A DNA stretch of 64,000 nt from Nitrospirota bacterium (GCA_963710375.1 CAVPZX010000002.1:448001-512000), one strand, 5' to 3'; counted from the stretch's first letter, positions 10,318-21,162 are shown. Made by a program: numbers and translations. The notes: generated from the sequence alone by a model not told the origin.

Positions 10318-11232
10318 ATGCTTCAGAAAACAGAGAAGATATGGATGGATGGCAAGCTGGTGCCGTGGGACAAGGCAACGGTGCATATCATGACGCACAC
10401 ATTGCACTACGGTCTCGGGGCCTTCGAAGGTATCAGGTGCTACAGCACCCCGAGAGGCCCTGCCATCTTCAAACTGGATGATCACATCGACAGGCTTTTC
10501 CAGTCAGCGCAAATATTCCTTCTGAAGATGCCATACACTAAGCAGGAAATTAAAAAGGCGATAATTGAGACCATCAAGGCAAACAAGGTTAAGGAATGCT
10601 ACATTAGGCCGCTGGTATATATCGGCTACGGAGCCATGGGTCTCTATCCAAAAGGATGCCCCATATCTGTTGCGGTCGCCGTATGGCCGTGGGGGGCATA
10701 TCTGGGAGAAGATGGCCTGAAAAACGGCATCCGGGTTAAAGTATCTTCGTTCATAAGAAATCATGTGAACTCAAATATGTCAAGGGGCAAGATTTGCGGA
10801 TATTATGTCAATTCACAGATTGCTAAAAAGGAGGCAATTTCCTGCGGCTATGACGAGGCACTGCTCCTCGATACCGAGGGATATGTCTCCGAAGGCAGCG
10901 GTGAAAACATCTTTATTTCGAGGAACAACACTCTCAAGACAACGCCACTGACCTCGATCCTCGAGGGGATCACCCGTGACAGCATTTTAACGATTGCAAA
11001 AGATTTGGGCATAGAAACGGTCGAAACCAGGTTTACGCGTGACGAAGTCTACATTGCCGATGAGGCGTTCTTTACGGGCACGGCAGCAGAGATTACCCCT
11101 ATAAGAGAACTTGACGGCAGGACCGTCGGACATGGCAAGGCTGGCAAAATAACCAGGAAACTGCAATCTGTTTTCTTTGATATAGTGAAGGGGAAAAACA
11201 GAAAGTACGAGTCGTGGCTCACTTATATTTAG
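10318..11232 (+). CDS. ilvE: Branched-chain amino acid aminotransferase
   Basis: [31 protein letters not shown] and FTGTAAE. Confidence 0.95.
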   Translation: MLQKTEKIWMDGKLVPWDKATVHIMTHTLHYGLGAFEGIRCYSTPRGPAIFKLDDHIDRLFQSAQIFLLKMPYTKQEIKKAIIETIKANKVKECYIRPLVYIGYGAMGLYPKGCPISVAVAVWPWGAYLGEDGLKNGIRVKVSSFIRNHVNSNMSRGKICGYYVNSQIAKKEAISCGYDEALLLDTEGYVSEGSGENIFISRNNTLKTTPLTSILEGITRDSILTIAKDLGIETVETRFTRDEVYIADEAFFTGTAAEITPIRELDGRTVGHGKAGKITRKLQSVFFDIVKGKNRKYESWLTYI

Positions 11233-11247
11233 TAGGCGCAAAGACAT

Positions 11248-11283
11248 AAAAAAAGGGCGACTGTGTCAGTCGCCCTTTTTTTT
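11248..11283. terminator. Bidirectional intrinsic terminator
   Basis: A7-GGGCGACTG-tgt-CAGTCGCCC-T8 between convergent genes. Confidence 0.9.
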
Positions 11284-11295
11284 ATAATGACTATA

Positions 11296-11625
11296 CTATT
11301 TCTTGTGACACTTAGCGCAGTTTGCCGGGTCAGATGCCTTGAAAGCCTTTGTACCGTTATGACAGGTGCCGCAGAACTTTCCTGAATTAATGTCAGCCAT
11401 TGTGATCTTCGCCGATCCCTCAGCGCCTGGCGCCTTAAACGGGAAGATTTTTGTGTGGCACTCTTTGCACATGCCAGGTCCAAGTTTAGTATTGTGCATT
11501 TTTCCGTCAAATGTCACCTTCCCCTGAGTACCGTCCGGGAATACCAGAGTCTTCATCGATGCAAAAGCAGAAGTGACTAAGCACAATGTTGCGACCATTA
11601 CAACCATAAGCATAACTTTTCTCAT
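11296..11625 (-). CDS. Periplasmic triheme c7-type cytochrome
   Basis: Signal peptide, three CxxCH (CKECH, CGTCH, CAKCH) and ITMADI Met; start placed after GGAGG. Confidence 0.9.
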   Translation of the reverse strand: MRKVMLMVVMVATLCLVTSAFASMKTLVFPDGTQGKVTFDGKMHNTKLGPGMCKECHTKIFPFKAPGAEGSAKITMADINSGKFCGTCHNGTKAFKASDPANCAKCHKK

Positions 11626-11728
11626 TTCTTTCACCTCCATTTCATGATTATTTTAAACACCTAGCATACCATATACCATACATTTTGTCATAGTATATAT
11701 AAAGAAAACTTATAAATAGAATTTCTTA

Positions 11729-12082
11729 CTACTTTTTATGGCACCTCGTACAATTTGCCTTGTCGTTCACGGAAAAGGCATCTTTCCCGTTATGGCAGGC
11801 GCCACAAAGTTTCCCCTTGTACATATCTTTCATAGACATCCGGGTAGGCGGACTTTCCGGAGTCATGTTTGCAAACACCCTGGTGTGGCAGTCATGGCAC
11901 TTAAATCCTTTGTTTTTATGCAGCGTTCCATCAAACACAACTCTGCCTGCCCCGCCCCCTTCCCAGACAATTGTTCTCCCCGGGGCTACAGCAAGGGCGT
12001 TTTTACAAAAAAATAACTCTGTCACGGCTATCAAGACCATCAATACAAACATTGTATGGCAAACTTTTCTCATGTGAGTCAT
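11729..12082 (-). CDS. Periplasmic triheme c7-type cytochrome (paralog)
   Basis: Signal peptide, CHDCH, CGACH and CTRCH; ATGA overlap with gatB. Confidence 0.9.
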   Translation of the reverse strand: MTHMRKVCHTMFVLMVLIAVTELFFCKNALAVAPGRTIVWEGGGAGRVVFDGTLHKNKGFKCHDCHTRVFANMTPESPPTRMSMKDMYKGKLCGACHNGKDAFSVNDKANCTRCHKK

Positions 12083-13557
12083 GACAATTTCTTCTTCAAT
12101 AGTTCATTCAGCAATTGAGGATTTGCCTTCCCTTTAGTCGCTTTCATGACCTGCCCGACAAAAAAACCTATCAGTTTTTCATCTCCTGACTTGAAACGCT
12201 CAACCTCTGCTGCATATTTAGACATGACTTCATCTACTGCTTTCTCTATGGCTCCCTCATCGCTTATCTGGACAAGTCCTTTTTCCCTGACCACTGTCTC
12301 CGCGTCTTTACCGCTCCTGAACATGTCTTCAAAAACCGTTTTCGCTATTTTCCCGCTTATCGTTCCGTTCTCGATAAGACGGAGCATTCCGGCAAGCTGG
12401 CCTGGCTGTAATGGACAGTCTTCGATTGATATACCGTCTTCATTAAGCATCCGCATCATTTCACCCATCATCCAGTTTGACACTGTTTTGGGCTGCCCGC
12501 CCTCGCTGACAGCACGCTCATACCATTCAGCAACAGCCTTTTCCGAGGTAAGGAGATCTGCGTCGTATTCGGGCAGGCCATACCGGACCGCAAACCTTTG
12601 GCGTTTTGCATCAGGCAATTCCGGAAGACCGGCTTTGACAGCATCAATTATTTCCCGGCCTATTGCCATAGGCACAAGGTCAGGCTCAGGAAAGTACCGG
12701 TAATCATGGGCTTCTTCCTTTGTCCTCATGGACTGAGTAATACCCGCCCCTGCATCCCAGAGCCTAGTCTCTTGCTGGACATTACCGCCTTCCTCCAGCA
12801 CTTTTGTCTGGCGCCTTATCTCATATTCCAGCGCCCTTTCGACAAATCTGAATGAATTCATATTTTTCAGTTCCGCCTTGACCCCGAACTTCGTCTGCCC
12901 GACTGGGCGCACAGACACATTGGCATCGCATCTGAGAGAACCCTCTTCCATATTACCGTCACACACTTCGAGATACCTGAGAATGCTCCTTACCTTTTTC
13001 ATGTACTCGGCCGCTTCTTTGGGGCTTCTGATATCCGGCTCTGAAACGATTTCCATGAGGGAGACTCCGGCACGGTTCAAATCGACGAAACTGTGATTTC
13101 CCTTTCCCTCATGGATATTTTTTCCTGCATCATCCTCCATATGTATTCTCGTGATCCCGATCCTCCTGACCTCTCCGTCAACCAGTATTTCTATAAAGCC
13201 GCCTATGCATAGCGGGAGTTCGTACTGGCTAATCTGGTAGCCTTTCGGCAGGTCGGGATAGAAATAATTTTTTCTGGCAAACCTGCTATAAGGGGCGATA
13301 CTGCAGTTCATGGCAAGCCCGGTTTTGATTGCAAAATCAACCGCTCTCCGGTTAAGCACCGGCAGGACGCCCGGCATGCCTATGCAGACAGGGCATGTCT
13401 GAGTATTGGGTTCGGCGCCGAATTTTGTCGAACAGCCGCAGAATAACTTTGTATCTGTCAGCAGCTGGGCGTGCACTTCAAGCCCGATAACCGCTTCATA
13501 CTTGCACCCTCTCGGGCCTCGGGCGTCCGGCGTGAGGCGTTCAGCGTCTGACATCAT
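12079..13557 (-). CDS. gatB: Asp/Glu-tRNA amidotransferase subunit B
   Basis: [26 protein letters not shown] and YRYFPEPDL; start at the ATGA overlapping the gatA stop. Confidence 0.95.
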   Translation of the reverse strand: MMSDAERLTPDARGPRGCKYEAVIGLEVHAQLLTDTKLFCGCSTKFGAEPNTQTCPVCIGMPGVLPVLNRRAVDFAIKTGLAMNCSIAPYSRFARKNYFYPDLPKGYQISQYELPLCIGGFIEILVDGEVRRIGITRIHMEDDAGKNIHEGKGNHSFVDLNRAGVSLMEIVSEPDIRSPKEAAEYMKKVRSILRYLEVCDGNMEEGSLRCDANVSVRPVGQTKFGVKAELKNMNSFRFVERALEYEIRRQTKVLEEGGNVQQETRLWDAGAGITQSMRTKEEAHDYRYFPEPDLVPMAIGREIIDAVKAGLPELPDAKRQRFAVRYGLPEYDADLLTSEKAVAEWYERAVSEGGQPKTVSNWMMGEMMRMLNEDGISIEDCPLQPGQLAGMLRLIENGTISGKIAKTVFEDMFRSGKDAETVVREKGLVQISDEGAIEKAVDEVMSKYAAEVERFKSGDEKLIGFFVGQVMKATKGKANPQLLNELLKKKLS

Positions 13558-15008
13558 AGCTGCGGCCTCCTTGTATGCCAATTTGTACTTTGCTCATAGG
13601 CATAGGCAACTTTAAAAATGGCCTCTTCATCAAAATGCCTTCCGATTATCTGGAGACCGATCGGCAAATTATCCGTTGTAAAACCGCATGGTATGGACAT
13701 AGCCGGAACGCCTGCCAAATTTATCGAGATAGTAAAAATATCGGACAGATACATCTGGAGCGGATCGGTTGCTTTTTCACCGATCCTGAATGCAGCGCTC
13801 GGCGATGTTGGGGTAACGATTACATCAGCCTGAGTAAAGGCATTGTCAAAATCCTGCTTTATTAATGTTCTTACCTGCTGCGCTTTCTTGTAATATGCGT
13901 CGTAATAGCCGGCTGACAAAGCATAAGTGCCGAGCATTATCCGCCTTTTGACCTCGGGGCCGAACCCCTGCGCCCGCGTGTTCATGTACATCTCAAGCAG
14001 ATCTTTTCCTCCGGCCCTGAAGCCGTACTTTACGCCGTCATAACGCGCGAGGTTTGAGGAGGCTTCAGAGGTGGCAAGTATATAATACGTTGCAATCGCA
14101 TAACCCGTATGAGGAAGAGAGACTTCAACGACACAAGCCCCCATGGACTCAATCTTTTTTATAGCCGCGTGTACCGCATCCTCCACTTCTTTATCCATTC
14201 CCTCGACAAAGTATTCCTTAGGTATGCCGATCTTCATCCCCTTGATATCCTGTCCCAGTGCCAGGGCAAAATCAGGCATATCAACCGGCGCCGAAGTTGA
14301 ATCAGAATGGTCATGTCCTCCTATGCTATTCAGCATCATGGCTGCATCCGCAACATTCTTCGTTATCGGTCCTATCTGGTCAAGCGATGAGGCAAAAGCG
14401 ACAAGTCCGTACCTCGACACGCGGCCGTAAGTAGGTTTCAGTCCAACTATACCGCACAGGGCGGCTGGCTGCCGTATCGAGCCTCCAGTGTCGGAACCGA
14501 GTGCGGCAATACATTCATCCGCGGCAACCGCAGCAGCAGAGCCGCCGCTGCTCCCGCCAGGCACACAGTCCAGATTCCAGGGGTTTTTTGTCGTATGAAA
14601 ACTTGAATTCTCTGTGGAAGACCCCATAGCAAATTCATCTAGATTTGTCTTGCCGACCAGTACATAGTTCTGCCCGGCCAGCCGTCCCGTAACAGTGCTT
14701 TCATAGGGGGGAATGAAATTATAGAGGATTTTCGATGCGCAGGTAGTAGGTATTCCCCTGGTGCACATATTATCTTTGACCGCAACAGGAACACCGGTAA
14801 GAAGGGATGCCTCACCTGACATAATTACCTCTCCGGCCGCATCAGCCATTACATAAGCAGTATCACTGGTAAGTGTGATGAAGGCCCTGACCCGGTCTTC
14901 GACCTCGCTGATGCGCTTAAAGGTATCGTCAAGGACATCCCGGGGCGTGATCTCCCGGTTGTCAAGCAGCTTCCTCACATCAGAAATAGTGAGTTCGTTG
15001 AGCTTCAC
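13554..15008 (-). CDS. gatA: Asp/Glu-tRNA amidotransferase subunit A
   Basis: Amidase signature [12 protein letters not shown]...[14 protein letters not shown] start after AAGGAGG. Confidence 0.95.
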   Translation of the reverse strand: MKLNELTISDVRKLLDNREITPRDVLDDTFKRISEVEDRVRAFITLTSDTAYVMADAAGEVIMSGEASLLTGVPVAVKDNMCTRGIPTTCASKILYNFIPPYESTVTGRLAGQNYVLVGKTNLDEFAMGSSTENSSFHTTKNPWNLDCVPGGSSGGSAAAVAADECIAALGSDTGGSIRQPAALCGIVGLKPTYGRVSRYGLVAFASSLDQIGPITKNVADAAMMLNSIGGHDHSDSTSAPVDMPDFALALGQDIKGMKIGIPKEYFVEGMDKEVEDAVHAAIKKIESMGACVVEVSLPHTGYAIATYYILATSEASSNLARYDGVKYGFRAGGKDLLEMYMNTRAQGFGPEVKRRIMLGTYALSAGYYDAYYKKAQQVRTLIKQDFDNAFTQADVIVTPTSPSAAFRIGEKATDPLQMYLSDIFTISINLAGVPAMSIPCGFTTDNLPIGLQIIGRHFDEEAIFKVAYAYEQSTNWHTRRPQL

Positions 15009-15142
15009 AACAACGTCCTCCTTGTAAATCGACAAGTATTAATGAACTGAAGTACTTGGAGTGATATACGTTATAACTCTCTATCAGGCATTGCAATAAC
15101 TTAATTGTGATTTTATCACTCTGATATAATATTTGCAAGGCT

Positions 15143-16069
15143 ATGAAGGAGATCATTACAGTTTCCCCGTCAGACCATTCAATGAGGCTCGATGTTTTTG
15201 CAGCCGGCAAAACAGGGACCACCCGCTCCCAAATACAGATACTTATTAAAGAGGGCAATCTGCTCGTAAACAATGCGATTGCAAGCCGAAGTTACAAGGT
15301 GCAGCCGCATGATATTATAGAAATAGTCCGCCCAGAACCGGCTGCTGATGTCCTCGCACCTGAACCTATACCGATAGATATTCTTTACAGCGATCGACAC
15401 CTTGTCGTAGTCAACAAGCAGGCGGGGATGGTGGTTTATCCATCTGCCGGACACCAGCAAGGCACATTGCTCAATGCGCTGGCATCCCGCTTCAAGAAGA
15501 TGGCAAGCATTGGGGGACCTTTGCGGCCGGGCGTGGTCCACCGTCTCGACAAGGACACATCAGGCGTTATGGTAGTTGCACTCGATGATGAGGCCTATTA
15601 CAGCCTTACCGATCAATTCAAAAATAGAACAATAAATCGGCGCTATTGTGCACTCATCTACGGCCATATCCGGGAAGACTCCGGCGAAATTATTATGAGC
15701 ATAGGACGTTCCACTTCAGACAGGAAGAAGATGTCAACGCGGACTCATCGCGGGAAAGCGGCAGTCACCCGATGGAGGGTAACCAGGAGGTTCGGCGTTG
15801 CCACGCTCATTGAGGCAAAATTGGGCACTGGGAGAACCCACCAGATCAGGGTCCATTTTGCCGCAATAGGACATCCGGTGCTGGGCGATACAACATACGG
15901 CAGAAAAACGTCAGTCGTCTTACAACATAGCCGCGTCACCTTTCCCCGTCAGATGCTACATGCTGAACTGCTTGGCTTCATCCACCCTGTTACAGGCCGG
16001 TATATTGAATTCTCAAGTCCACTGCCACCTGATATGCAGGAATGCATCGCGAAACTTTCTGGCAGATGA
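15143..16069 (+). CDS. rluD: RluA/RluD-family pseudouridine synthase
   Basis: S4 domain, HRLDKDTSG and GRTHQIRVH. Confidence 0.85.
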   Translation: MKEIITVSPSDHSMRLDVFAAGKTGTTRSQIQILIKEGNLLVNNAIASRSYKVQPHDIIEIVRPEPAADVLAPEPIPIDILYSDRHLVVVNKQAGMVVYPSAGHQQGTLLNALASRFKKMASIGGPLRPGVVHRLDKDTSGVMVVALDDEAYYSLTDQFKNRTINRRYCALIYGHIREDSGEIIMSIGRSTSDRKKMSTRTHRGKAAVTRWRVTRRFGVATLIEAKLGTGRTHQIRVHFAAIGHPVLGDTTYGRKTSVVLQHSRVTFPRQMLHAELLGFIHPVTGRYIEFSSPLPPDMQECIAKLSGR

Positions 16070-16139
16070 TCTGTTTTTTCGGTACAGCATGTGACAGTAA
16101 TGTGTTAAAATATTTTTTTGAAGTTGAAGAACAAGGCCT

Positions 16140-16213
16140 GCGCCCATAGCTCAGCTGGATAGAGCGTCGGACTACGAATCCGCAGGCCGGGGGTTCGAAT
16201 CCCTCTGGGCGCG
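16140..16213 (+). tRNA. tRNA-Arg(ACG), CCA not encoded
   Basis: GCGCCCA/TGGGCGC acceptor stem, TAGCTCAGCTGGATAGAGC D arm, CT-ACG-AA loop and GGTTCGAATCC. Confidence 0.97.
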
Positions 16214-16255
16214 CTTGTTCTTTTTTGGACATTGACTGGTATTAGAGGAGCATTG

Positions 16256-17593
16256 ATGGGCTTGTCCGGAGAAATGCCACTGAAGAAGCTCTCGGCAATA
16301 AAGATAGCCGGCGTCTATGCTCTGGCAGGCTGCCTGTGGATACTGTTCTCTGATGGGTTAATAGCGAGACTATTCAATGATGTTCCGACTGTAATAAGAA
16401 TAAGCACCATTAAAGGCTGGTTTTTTATCGGGATCACTTCCTTGATGCTGTACATATTTATACAGCGTGAAATGGGCATGACTCAGCGCTCTGACAAGGC
16501 CCTTAAAGAGTCACTCTCCCGAATAGAAGATGAAAAAACCAAATCCGAAGCTGTGCTGGATGCTATTGGAGACGGCATCTGCATTGTCGACAGGAATTTT
16601 ATAGTAAGTTATCAGAACCATGTACACCAGAATTCCCTCGGCTACCATGTGGGCGAATATTGTTACAGTGCATATGCCGCAAATGACAATGTTTGTGAGG
16701 GCTGCCTTGTAAACATGGCGTTTACCGATGGCAGAGCCCATAACGCTGAGCGGTGCTATCCCGGCGGTAGCGGACTTCGCTATTTTGAAACTACCGCTTC
16801 CCCTCTTAAAGATGCTGACGGCAGGATAGTTGCGGGTATCGAGATCGTAAGGGACATAACCGGACGTAAAAAAATTGAAAGCGATCTGCTTAGGACAAAA
16901 AGGCTCGAATCAATAGGAATTCTTGCACGCGGCCTTTCTCATGATTTTAACAATCTCCTGACCGGCATACTCGGCAATGTTTCTCTGGCAAAAACATCGT
17001 TGAGACCCGAAGACCCTGTGTTTACCCTGCTGACCAGAGCGGAAGACGCCTGTCTTCGTGCAGAGGAACTGACCTATCAGTTGAACACTGTTGCCAAAAG
17101 CGATGAATCCTCCAAAAAGACTCTTTCTATCAGCGGTCTTGTAAGGGAGGCTGTGAGATTTGCGCTGAGCGATTCTCAGGTAGAATGTACATATGCTATT
17201 CCTGATGACCTCTGGCTTGTTAAGGTAAGCGAGCATCAGATAGGCCAGGCGATCTATAACATAGTGGTCAACTCCCGCGATGCAATGAACAACAAGGGAC
17301 GCATCACAATCAGTGCAGAGAATACTGTTATCGACCCTCACAGCGCCGACATCCTGAGACACGGAAATTACGTTAAAATAACCATTGCCGATAAAGGCGC
17401 CGGCATCGAGAAAGAACTCCTTCCCAAAATATTCGATATCTATTCCACTACAAAAGCGCTGGGGAGCAGTAAGGCAACAGGGTTCAGTCTGGCTGCGAGC
17501 TATTTCGCCGTTAAAAATCACCAGGGATATATTTTTGCCGAGTCAACGGTCGGTAAAGGAACGACCTTTTTCATTTACCTGCCCTCAGCATAA
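16256..17593 (+). CDS. Membrane-bound PAS sensor histidine kinase
   Basis: Two TM helices, PAS domain, H-box SHDFNNLL, N-box NSRDAM and G1 DKGAGI; degenerate G2 box. Confidence 0.9.
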   Translation: MGLSGEMPLKKLSAIKIAGVYALAGCLWILFSDGLIARLFNDVPTVIRISTIKGWFFIGITSLMLYIFIQREMGMTQRSDKALKESLSRIEDEKTKSEAVLDAIGDGICIVDRNFIVSYQNHVHQNSLGYHVGEYCYSAYAANDNVCEGCLVNMAFTDGRAHNAERCYPGGSGLRYFETTASPLKDADGRIVAGIEIVRDITGRKKIESDLLRTKRLESIGILARGLSHDFNNLLTGILGNVSLAKTSLRPEDPVFTLLTRAEDACLRAEELTYQLNTVAKSDESSKKTLSISGLVREAVRFALSDSQVECTYAIPDDLWLVKVSEHQIGQAIYNIVVNSRDAMNNKGRITISAENTVIDPHSADILRHGNYVKITIADKGAGIEKELLPKIFDIYSTTKALGSSKATGFSLAASYFAVKNHQGYIFAESTVGKGTTFFIYLPSA

Positions 17594-17626
17594 ATTTCAG
17601 AATTTGCTGTCAACTTAGGAGTTATC

Positions 17627-18994
17627 TTGTCTTTTGATGAGCGCATAAATATTACCACGGGTAATTTGTGGCTTTCCATATGGCAGCTTTCATGGCCTAT
17701 GCTGCTTATCATGATCTTTAACTTTTTAGTAGGGATGACCGATATTTACGTAGCCGGATTCATCGGCCCGGAGGTACAGGCGGTTGTCGGTTTCGTCAGC
17801 CAGCTATTCTTTCTGAATATTATCATTGCAAACGCCGTCAGCATAGCCACTATTGCCCTGCTCGCACGCTCCATAGGGGCAGGTGATTTTGACGGTGCGG
17901 TAAAAATAGCGCGTCAGTCGCTTATATTCGGTATTCTGGCTGCTTTGGCGATAATGATAGCCGGCCTTGCATTCCCCCGCGAGATCGTTGCTATTGCGGG
18001 GTTTCCAGAAAACATATGGAGCATTGCAGAACGCTTCATCAGGATTTTTGCCCTTTCGCTCGGGCCCAACTATATCCTCATTATTTCCAATGCCGTGTTT
18101 CGCGCAAGCGGAGAGGTCAAAAAAGTCCTGGTCACTATGTTCCTGGTAAGCGCCGTAAACATTATAGGAAATTTCGTGCTTGTCTTCGGTATCCCTCCGT
18201 TTCCAAAGATGGGATATATAGGCATCGCACTTTCTACAGCCCTCGCGGTAACCGCTGGGATGATTATAAACTTCATCCTGTTCGCCTTTAGCAGGTGGCG
18301 GGCCATCTATAAAGCACCGGCAGAAGTCTCGGGCGAGACTATCAAAAAAATAATCAGTCTGAGCTGGCCGGCCGCGCTTCTTCAGGCCGCATGGAATGCC
18401 GGGAGCATTTTACTATATAACATACTGGGAAGACTGGGCAGCATTAGCATCACCGCTCTTGCCGCTCTCACCAACGGTCTCAGAATAGAGGCAATCATTT
18501 ATCTACCCGCCTATGCCCTAAATATGGCTGCAGCAGTACTAGTGGGGCAGAACCTGGGCGCAAAAAACGCTGCCAGGGCGGAAGAAGTGGGATGGAAAAT
18601 AGTTTCATCAGGAATTGCTCTCATCAGTGTAATGGCAATCATTATCTTCATCTGGGCCGAAACCTTCGCATCAATAGTTACAAGCAACCCTTCAGTGCTT
18701 AAGGAAACCGTCAGATACCTGAGATTTAACATGGTATCTGAGCCCTTCATGGCATTGAGTTCCATTCTGGGAGGAGGCCTTCAGGGAGCTGGAGACACCA
18801 GGGGAACAATGCGTATAATTATCATTGCCATGTGGGTCATCAGACTTCCCCTAGCCTATCTGCTTGCCCTGGGTTTAGGCTTTGGAGCAAAGGGCGTCTG
18901 GACGGCGATGGTCATTTCGATGGTCATTCAGGGTATACTTATGGCACATAGATTCCGCCACGGACTATGGAAGGGAATAACTTTAGAACATTAA
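17627..18994 (+). CDS. MATE-family efflux transporter
   Basis: About 12 TM segments; LSWPM...D and VGQNLGAK, LQGAGDT motifs. Confidence 0.9.
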   Translation: MSFDERINITTGNLWLSIWQLSWPMLLIMIFNFLVGMTDIYVAGFIGPEVQAVVGFVSQLFFLNIIIANAVSIATIALLARSIGAGDFDGAVKIARQSLIFGILAALAIMIAGLAFPREIVAIAGFPENIWSIAERFIRIFALSLGPNYILIISNAVFRASGEVKKVLVTMFLVSAVNIIGNFVLVFGIPPFPKMGYIGIALSTALAVTAGMIINFILFAFSRWRAIYKAPAEVSGETIKKIISLSWPAALLQAAWNAGSILLYNILGRLGSISITALAALTNGLRIEAIIYLPAYALNMAAAVLVGQNLGAKNAARAEEVGWKIVSSGIALISVMAIIIFIWAETFASIVTSNPSVLKETVRYLRFNMVSEPFMALSSILGGGLQGAGDTRGTMRIIIIAMWVIRLPLAYLLALGLGFGAKGVWTAMVISMVIQGILMAHRFRHGLWKGITLEH

Positions 18995-19004
18995 TGGAGA
19001 GAAT

Positions 19005-20240
19005 ATGCTGAAACTGTTTAATACCATGGGGCAAAAGCTCGAACCGTTCACGTTGCGGCACAGCAAAAGAGTAACCATGTTCACTTGCGGCCCTTCGGTT
19101 TATCAGAAGTCGCATATCGGTAATTTCCGGACCTTTTTATTCGAGGACATCATTTTGCGGTATCTGGAGTATCTGGGCTATGCAGTGCAGAGGGGCATGA
19201 ATTTCACCGATGTCGAGGACAAGGCAATTGCTGAAGCCGGAGGGCAGAGGGCCGCACTTAAACAGCTCACCGGAAAGAACATAAAGATATTTATAAAGGA
19301 AATGGGACTCCTCTCCATAAAAATCCCAGATTACCTCCCCAGGGCGTCGGATAGCGTCGAGGAGGCTGTTGAAATAATAGAACAGCTTCTCAAACAACAT
19401 GCCGCATACTGGCACCAGGGGAGCGTTTATTTTGATCCGCTTTCATTCCCTGGTTTCGGTAAGCTTTACGGCCTCGACATGTCGCTATGGCCGAAGAAGA
19501 AAATACGTTTTCATAAGGACACCTATCCGGGCATTCAGTGGAACCTTGGAGATTTTATTCTTTGGCACGGCCATAAACAGGGTGAAGGCGTTTACTGGGA
19601 CACAAAAATCGGCAGGGGCAGACCGTCATGGAACATCCAGGACCCGAGCATGATCGTCAGGTATTTTCATGAAACGCTGTCTTTATACTGCGGCGGCATT
19701 GATAACCTCTACCGTCACCACGATTATACCCTGGCCATACTCGAATCATTAAGGCATTCTCCCAAGTATCGCTTCAGGCCCATGTCACGGTTCTGGATGC
19801 ATTGCCGGCATCTTTACGTCAACGGTCAGAAAATGTCGAAGAGCAAAGGCAACATCCATTACGTAGAAGACCTTCAGGCGTCGGGCTTTACTCCTGCTGA
19901 AATCCGTTTCTTTCTTATATACGGCCATTACCGCCAGACCCTTAATTACTCAGATAGCGCAATGCTCCTGACATCTGAAAAGCTCAGACACTTTAAAAGG
20001 ACCATCAATGTCCTTGAGAAGAAGGCTCACCCGCATCACCACACCGGCAGCCGCGCAGCACAGGCGATAAGAAAAAGCTTCGGGGAGCATATGGATAACG
20101 ACCTGGATGTCAAGAAGGCATTTGATGAAATTTACGATGCGGTTGTGCATACTGATATCTCCGGGACGGGACCAGCCGATGCCGCCGCAATAATACAAAC
20201 CCTGAAAGAAATTGACCAGGTGCTTCGGGTCATTTTTTAA
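19005..20240 (+). CDS. Cysteinyl-tRNA synthetase paralog (class I ligase, C-terminally short, atypical Zn site)
   Basis: CGPSVY..SHIGN, KMSKS, HYR and DALR-like helices; WNIQD replaces WHIEC; 411 aa. Confidence 0.85.
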   Translation: MLKLFNTMGQKLEPFTLRHSKRVTMFTCGPSVYQKSHIGNFRTFLFEDIILRYLEYLGYAVQRGMNFTDVEDKAIAEAGGQRAALKQLTGKNIKIFIKEMGLLSIKIPDYLPRASDSVEEAVEIIEQLLKQHAAYWHQGSVYFDPLSFPGFGKLYGLDMSLWPKKKIRFHKDTYPGIQWNLGDFILWHGHKQGEGVYWDTKIGRGRPSWNIQDPSMIVRYFHETLSLYCGGIDNLYRHHDYTLAILESLRHSPKYRFRPMSRFWMHCRHLYVNGQKMSKSKGNIHYVEDLQASGFTPAEIRFFLIYGHYRQTLNYSDSAMLLTSEKLRHFKRTINVLEKKAHPHHHTGSRAAQAIRKSFGEHMDNDLDVKKAFDEIYDAVVHTDISGTGPADAAAIIQTLKEIDQVLRVIF

Positions 20241-20420
20241 GGGCTCGCGAATAAATAACTTGTGCATTCAGGCGCTCAGATTTGGGTCAGATTTGGCTGA
20301 TCCGACTGAGCAAAACCGCAGGCGTAGCATAGCTACGTTGAGGATTTTGCGACTGAGGATCGGGCAAAGATGGCCTAAATCTGAGATGCATCAATGTTCA
20401 AGTTATTTATTCGCGAGCCC
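20241..20420. mobile_element. 180-bp palindromic MITE with 22-bp perfect TIR and TAA target duplication
   Basis: GGGCTCGCGAATAAATAACTTG ... CAAGTTATTTATTCGCGAGCCC with TAA on both sides. Confidence 0.85.
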
Positions 20421-20433
20421 TAATATTTCATGC

Positions 20434-21162
20434 CTATTGTTTCTTGCCTCCGAATACAGCAAAAGCACCGTTCTTAAAGTAACAGTCCACATCCACAAAT
20501 CCCGCTGATTCCAAAGCTCTCAACTGATTTCCAAGGGTATCTGGTTTGTTCATGCTTGAAGGGTCTTTATAACGCTTTATCGGGTCGTCAGGCACTTCAT
20601 CCTTAATATTATACCGGTCCATCATCCGGGTAAGCCAATCTTTCCAAATTGCAAAATACCATTGCTCAAGTTCTTCTGATGGAGGAAGTATGGCATCAAC
20701 ATCGACAAAATGACCTCCGGGCTTAAGCCATGACGCTATAAGGCGGAAGAGAGAAGCCTTTTCATCCATATCAAGGTGGTGAATCGCCATAGAAGAAACA
20801 ATGAAGTCATAAGTTTCCAGCGTGATCTTACCACCCAACAGGTCCTGGAAGGTTGCCTGAATGAAAGTTGTGTTCCGGTATCCCTTTAGTCTTTCCCGCG
20901 CTTGCCTAATCATGCCCTCACCGCCATCAAGCAGCGTTGCGGACACGTCATTATTGGTTTTGAGTAATTCCTCTGTCAGGGCACCATCTCCGGATCCCAG
21001 TTCCAGCAATTTAATATCCTGTACGCCGTGACGAAAATGCGAAACCAATGACGTAACAAACCAGAACATTTGCCTGCGGTCCATTACATAGATATCGGCT
21101 TTGTCCAGATAGTTCTGTGCAAATGAATTGTCTGCCCACGCCGATTTGTTGAAATCAGTCAT
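20434..21162 (-). CDS. Class I SAM-dependent methyltransferase
   Basis: LLELGSGDG and SSMAIHHL...LKPGG. Confidence 0.9.
   Translation of the reverse strand: MTDFNKSAWADNSFAQNYLDKADIYVMDRRQMFWFVTSLVSHFRHGVQDIKLLELGSGDGALTEELLKTNNDVSATLLDGGEGMIRQARERLKGYRNTTFIQATFQDLLGGKITLETYDFIVSSMAIHHLDMDEKASLFRLIASWLKPGGHFVDVDAILPPSEELEQWYFAIWKDWLTRMMDRYNIKDEVPDDPIKRYKDPSSMNKPDTLGNQLRALESAGFVDVDCYFKNGAFAVFGGKKQ

Noticed and set aside
20238..20240. MITE insertion as the cause of the short CysRS-like protein
   Set aside because: The reconstructed empty site still has the in-frame TAA, so the short C-terminus predates the insertion.
20212..20508. ORF across the palindromic MITE
   Set aside because: Open frame produced by the repeat; overlaps two real genes.
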